A stretch of 52,809 nt of DNA from Octopus bimaculoides (taxonomy: Eukaryota), in NCBI RefSeq assembly GCF_001194135.2, contig NC_068992.1:2685260-2738068 (forward strand), read 5' to 3'. Positions 48,988 to 52,809 of this stretch are shown piece by piece (within the stretch, counting starts at the first letter, position 1; each line of letters opens with the position of its first letter). The translations under genes were made by a program, and so were the position numbers. The notes below the pieces were generated by a model. That model worked only from the letters and a program-made list of their open reading frames with translations. It searched no databases and was not told where the DNA came from.

Positions 48988-50015
48988 TAATGATGATGAT
49001 AATAATAATAATAATAATAATAATAACCAGGAAGAGTTTGCACATTCCCAACAACAGAAAAAAAACACCCACTGCTGCACACACCCTAGCAACACGGCAG
49101 TGCAGCAGGTGATGCAGTAGAAATTTGCCTCAAGCTACCAAATATTGAAAAGTTATATTATAACAATAATTATAATAATAATAATGATAATAATAATAAT
49201 AATAATGATAATAATAATAATTATAATAATAATAATAATAACAATACAGGAAGGCCATCTTGGGAATGTATTCCTGATATAGACATTTTATTTTTAAGAG
49301 TTGTAAAGATAACCTATTTTGTGACATCGTAAATCTAGGCCAGTGTCTTTGTCACTTTGTCACGGAGATTAAGTTTATAAACCAAAATAGCTTTTGTTGT
49401 TGTATGTTCCATGAAAGGAAACACCATGTTTATAAAGTGATGTAATCAGTGACATGTGGCTTGAATAACAATCAATACATCTCCTGTAGAAATTGACAAG
49501 TTTAAGAAAAGATCCTAATTGCATCTGGTCCCTTAGGGGTTTTATATCTAACCTTTTACATGATCTTATCTATTTTAATATAAAGACTTCCAATAGTTTT
49601 ATCATCTTGATAAATAACCAGCATCATTTCACACAATATATTGAATGGCTCCCTGAAACACAATAATGGTGGTTTTAATTCCATATGAGAGATATGTCCT
49701 TCGTAGAGATCTATTGTTGTTTAGAATATTTCTATCTGATGACAAACACCCCCCACCCCCCGCACACTCTTTGAATCCAAACAAGCAAAAGAATTCATGT
49801 CAGAAAGAAAATGAAATATCAGTTCAGCTGTTGAAGTAAGATAAGAATCTAAATAAGAGCTTTCGTTTTACACCTGTTTCATCGTCCTTCTTTCTTACAT
49901 CCCCTAAAACAGTGGTTCTCAACCGTTTTTTACCTATGAACACCTTTCATTACTATTTCATTCAGAGAAGGTGAAGGCCCTCATAACCATTCAGCATCTA
50001 AAAACTGCTATTAAA

Positions 50016-50212
50016 TCATCATCATCATCATCGTTTAACGACCTTTTTCCATGCCAGCATGGGTTGGACGGTTTGACTGAGGTCTGGAGAGCCAGCAGCC
50101 ACACCAGGCTCCAATCTGATCTGGCAGTGTTTCTACAACTGGATGCCCATCCTAACGCCAGCCACTCCGAGAGTGTAGTCGGTGCTTTTTACGTGCCACC
50201 GGCACAGGGGCC
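50016..50212 (-). mobile_element. RTE-type 3' tail fragment nested inside MITEs
   Basis: (CAT)n CGTTTAACGACC...CATGCCAGCATGGGTTGGACGGTTTGAC...GGTGCTTTTTACGTGCCACCGGCAC. Confidence 0.85.
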
Positions 50213-50213
50213 A

Positions 50214-50326
50214 TTTTTAGAATGACATTGTAGGGTAAGTATGATAGGCAAGATCTGGACAGTTTGAACAGAAAATAGTTAGAATATTTGGGTCAGATAT
50301 GGCTGGCTTAAATACTAAAGGGTTAA
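50214..50326 (-). mobile_element. Partial copy of the piggyBac-type MITE
   Basis: TTTTTAGAATGACATTGTAGGGTAAG...GGCTTAAATACTAAAGGG TTAA. Confidence 0.75.
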
Positions 50327-50553
50327 ATATTTTCTGTGTTGTAGAAATACAAGAAATACAACCAGTTTAGGGCTCATAAATTTTAACAAAATCTCATATG
50401 GGCCCCTAAGCGCCATATGGATCCCTATTGAGAACCATAAATTAAAGGATAAATCCCTTTCCTCCCTCCAGGGGTTACATTTTCTAACCAACTTCCATAA
50501 ATTAGTTTCCACACTTTCACTATGATCAATGGTTCAATGTGTATTGGTGAGTA

Positions 50554-50876
50554 AAAGCATGTGGCTTAATGGTTAGGATATTTGGCTCATGATCGTATGG
50601 TCATAAGTTCAATTCCTGGTGACAAATTGTGTCCTTGAGCAAGACACTTTATTTCACATTGCTCCAGTCCACTCAGCTGGCAAAAATGAGTTGTACCTGT
50701 AATTCAAAGGGGCCAGCCTTGTCACAGTATGTGCCATGCTGAATCTCCCAGAGAACTACATTAAGGTTACACATGTTTGTGGAGCGCTCAGCCACTTGCA
50801 CGTTAATTTCATGAGCAAGCTCTTTTGTTGATTGGATCAACTGGAACCCTCGTTGTCGTAACTGACAAAGTGCCAT
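50554..50876 (+). mobile_element. SINE group B, full length (tRNA head, GTGTCCTTGAGCAAGACACTT CORE-like motif, tail ending GAC(G/A)(G/A)AGTGCCA)
   Basis: A-box-like TGGCTTAATGG and B-box-like GTTCAATTCC. Matches 7656-7815 and 35152-35428. Confidence 0.85.
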
Positions 50877-51293
50877 TTTGTATTGGTGATAGTCTGGTCC
50901 CAAAATAAAACAAGGTTTGCTGTTTCCTTTGAATGTCAGCTTAAAAATCTCCCCCAGTGTTCTCAAAGCATTAACCTCTTCAAATAAAGTTGAACTGTCA
51001 ACATCCATCAAGTTCAACCAAGCAGGTTATGAGTTGTTTTACAGCCACCAGAATGGCACAGTTTTCTTTGGATCTTATCAACTTCCATTAAAACATCAAA
51101 ATTTCAACAAATTTCAATCAGTGATCCATCAAATCGCTTTAGTATGAGATTAAACTTCTTTAATTTTGATTTGTTCAACTCTGTCCTCAAGTTCTGTCAT
51201 ATTACAATAACATGGTCACCTGAATCAGCTGAGGTTACATTGAATATCATCATCATCATCATCATTTCTATCATCAGTAGGAGCAGTACATCC

Positions 51294-51890
51294 ATCATCA
51301 TCATCATCATTTAAAATCTATTTCTCATGCTGGCATGAGTTGGATGGTTTGACAAGGATCTGATGAGTCGAGGGACTGCATCGTGCTCCAGTATTTACTT
51401 TGACATGGTTTCTACAGCTGGAAGCCCTTCCTAATGCCAGCCCCTTCAAAGTGTGCCCTAGGTGCTTTTTTTATGCTTCCAACACTATTGAGGTTACCAT
51501 GTAGCTGATAAGTCAACAAACCCTGGCAGGGCAGGATGTTGGCTCTGTATGGTTGATGGGGGTTAAGGTATGACGGAAGAGGCTGGAGTGGAGCAGGTCT
51601 CCGTTGTAGAGGGGCTACATGGTTACCCACATTTAAGGGAAAGAGTGAGAAGGAATTAGAGATATTTCCCAGATGGACTGCGGTGATAAGGTGTGTCCAG
51701 GTAGTACATCAGGTAGCAAGTGCCAGTAGTGAGGTGGTGGGAATGGGGGTGGAGTGCAAAGAGAGAGGAAGAGATCGGGGAAGTGGGAGGGGGATACATG
51801 CAACACCTGTGATGGCTGGGGAAGGGAAGGGATGGAGGTGGGTGGGAGGGGGAGTTGCATGAGTTGGGGCAACTACAAGGATACTAGCAG
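51294..51890 (-). mobile_element. Element with RTE-type 3' tail and a C-rich upstream segment
   Basis: 51294-51470 is the reverse complement of the tail. It continues without an AT-rich break into a stretch that is G/purine-rich on the plus strand, up to ~51890. The upstream boundary is approximate. Confidence 0.55.
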
Positions 51891-51917
51891 CAGGGTAGTA
51901 ATAATACTGATGACAAA

Positions 51918-52150
51918 GGTGGCGAGTTGGCAGAAGCGTTGGCAGACCGGGCGAAATGCTTAGCGGGACTTCATCTGCTGCTACGTTCTGAGATCAAATT
52001 CCATCAAGGTCGACTTTGACTTTCATCATTTCGGGGTCAATAAGTTAAGTACCAGTTACGCACTGGGGTCAATGTAATCGACTTAATCACTTTGTCTGTC
52101 CTTGTTTGTCCCCTCTATGTTTAGCCCCCGTTTGCAATAAATAAAGAAAG
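51918..52150 (+). mobile_element. SINE group A, alternative 3' tail
   Basis: Head and core as in the other copies. The tail is CTTAATCACTTTGTCTGTCCTTGTTTGTCCCCTCTATGTTTAGCCCC instead of GGCCTTGTGCC. Confidence 0.85.
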
Positions 52151-52188
52151 AAATGATACTGATGACAGGAAAAGAAGAAAGAGGTGAC

Positions 52189-52343
52189 AATGAGAACCCA
52201 GGTTCGAAATTTCCGCAAGACACCTGATGAAGGCTGGAGGGTATATCAGCCGAAACGTTGTGTTAACAACAAACAAGATGAGGACAAATATCTGTCAAAT
52301 GTAAATAATGTACATAATTCCTCATCGCTTAAATATAGAACTG
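52189..52343 (+). mobile_element. Single-arm 3' fragment of the palindromic element (copy C), least diverged
   Basis: AATGAGAACCCAGGTTCGAAATTT...GATGAGGACAAATATC...TAAATATAGAACTG matches the distal part of the arms in copies A and B and retains CpGs that those copies have lost. Confidence 0.9.
52219..52264 (+). ncRNA. Minimal type I hammerhead ribozyme motif, core intact
   Basis: Stem I GACAC 52219-23 pairs with GTGTT 52260-64. Core CTGATGA 52224-30, then one extra A. Stem II GGCTG 52232-36 pairs with CAGCC 52247-51. GAAA 52252-55. Palindromic ACGT 52255-58 is stem III, and the GUU triplet predicts cleavage after 52259. Confidence 0.75.
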
Positions 52344-52496
52344 AAATAAGTAGCTGTTTAGTGAAGTGGTGTTATACTATTCGAATACTTTTCTCTCTTA
52401 TTTCTGTTTACTCATAGCAATGCAGTCTTATGTGATTTGAAAGAAAATGACAGATTTTATTTTGGTGGACATGAGCTTTCAATTATCATTACCAAC

Positions 52497-52809
52497 ACTA
52501 CCTCGTCGACGAGTGACAGGGACCTTCTCTTTGTGGCTGGAGACTTCAACGGTCATGTCGGACGTCGTGCTGGGGGCTTCCATGGCATACATGGAGGCTA
52601 TGGCTTCGGTTTCCGCAACGAGGAGGGAACCAGACTGCTGGAGTTCTGTGATGCAACCAATCTTATGGTCTGCAATACCAACTTCAGGAAACCTGCCAGT
52701 CACCTAGTCACCTACCGCTCCGGCAGACACTCTAGCCAAATCGACTACATCCTCGCCAGAAATAGGGAAAGAGGGCGGCTTATAAATGCCAAAACCTACC
52801 CTGGCGAAG
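52497..52809 (+). mobile_element. RTE-clade LINE, AP-endonuclease (EEP) coding segment, 5'-truncated, runs off the window edge
   Basis: Uninterrupted frame TTSSTSDRDLLFVAGDFNGHVGRRAGGFHGIHGGYGFGFRNEEGTRLLEFCDATNLMVCNTNFRKPASHLVTYRSGRHSSQIDYILARNRERGRLINAKTYPGE, with the GDFN, G..N..G..LL.FC, N.F.K and IDY motifs of RTE/BovB-type endonucleases. Abrupt rise in GC and CpG at ~52497. Absent from the ORF track because no stop codon falls inside the window. Confidence 0.92.

Larger units (their letters stand above)
49910..50440 (+). mobile_element. hAT-type MITE (CAGTGGTTCTCAA termini) split by nested insertions
   Basis: Left terminus CAGTGGTTCTCAACC at 49910-49924 and degenerate right terminus TTGAGAACCA at 50428-50437. 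Confidence 0.6.

Overview
AT-rich, intron- or intergenic-like eukaryotic DNA, full of (AT)n, (CA)n, (AAT)n and (CAT)n microsatellites and broken by 11 N-gaps. The repeat families look like those of an octopus (coleoid cephalopod) genome; this is pattern recognition, not a database result. No host protein-coding gene can be confirmed: the ORF track is almost entirely microsatellite or repeat artefact. What can be supported: three recurring tRNA-derived SINE groups (about 25 copies), many RTE-LINE 3' ends, decayed RTE, R4/Dong-like and Gypsy coding remnants, piggyBac-type and hAT-type MITEs, and a young-looking RTE AP-endonuclease reading frame running off the right edge. The most striking system is a ~510-bp near-perfect palindromic element (11633-12149, 45169-45810, plus a single-arm fragment at 52189-52343). 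Its two arms sit head-to-head, and each arm reads tRNA-like Pol III head, (AAT)n spacer, minimal type I hammerhead ribozyme, tail. The copy at 52219-52264 keeps an intact hammerhead core with the palindromic ACGU stem III typical of dimer-cleaving Penelope-type hammerheads.
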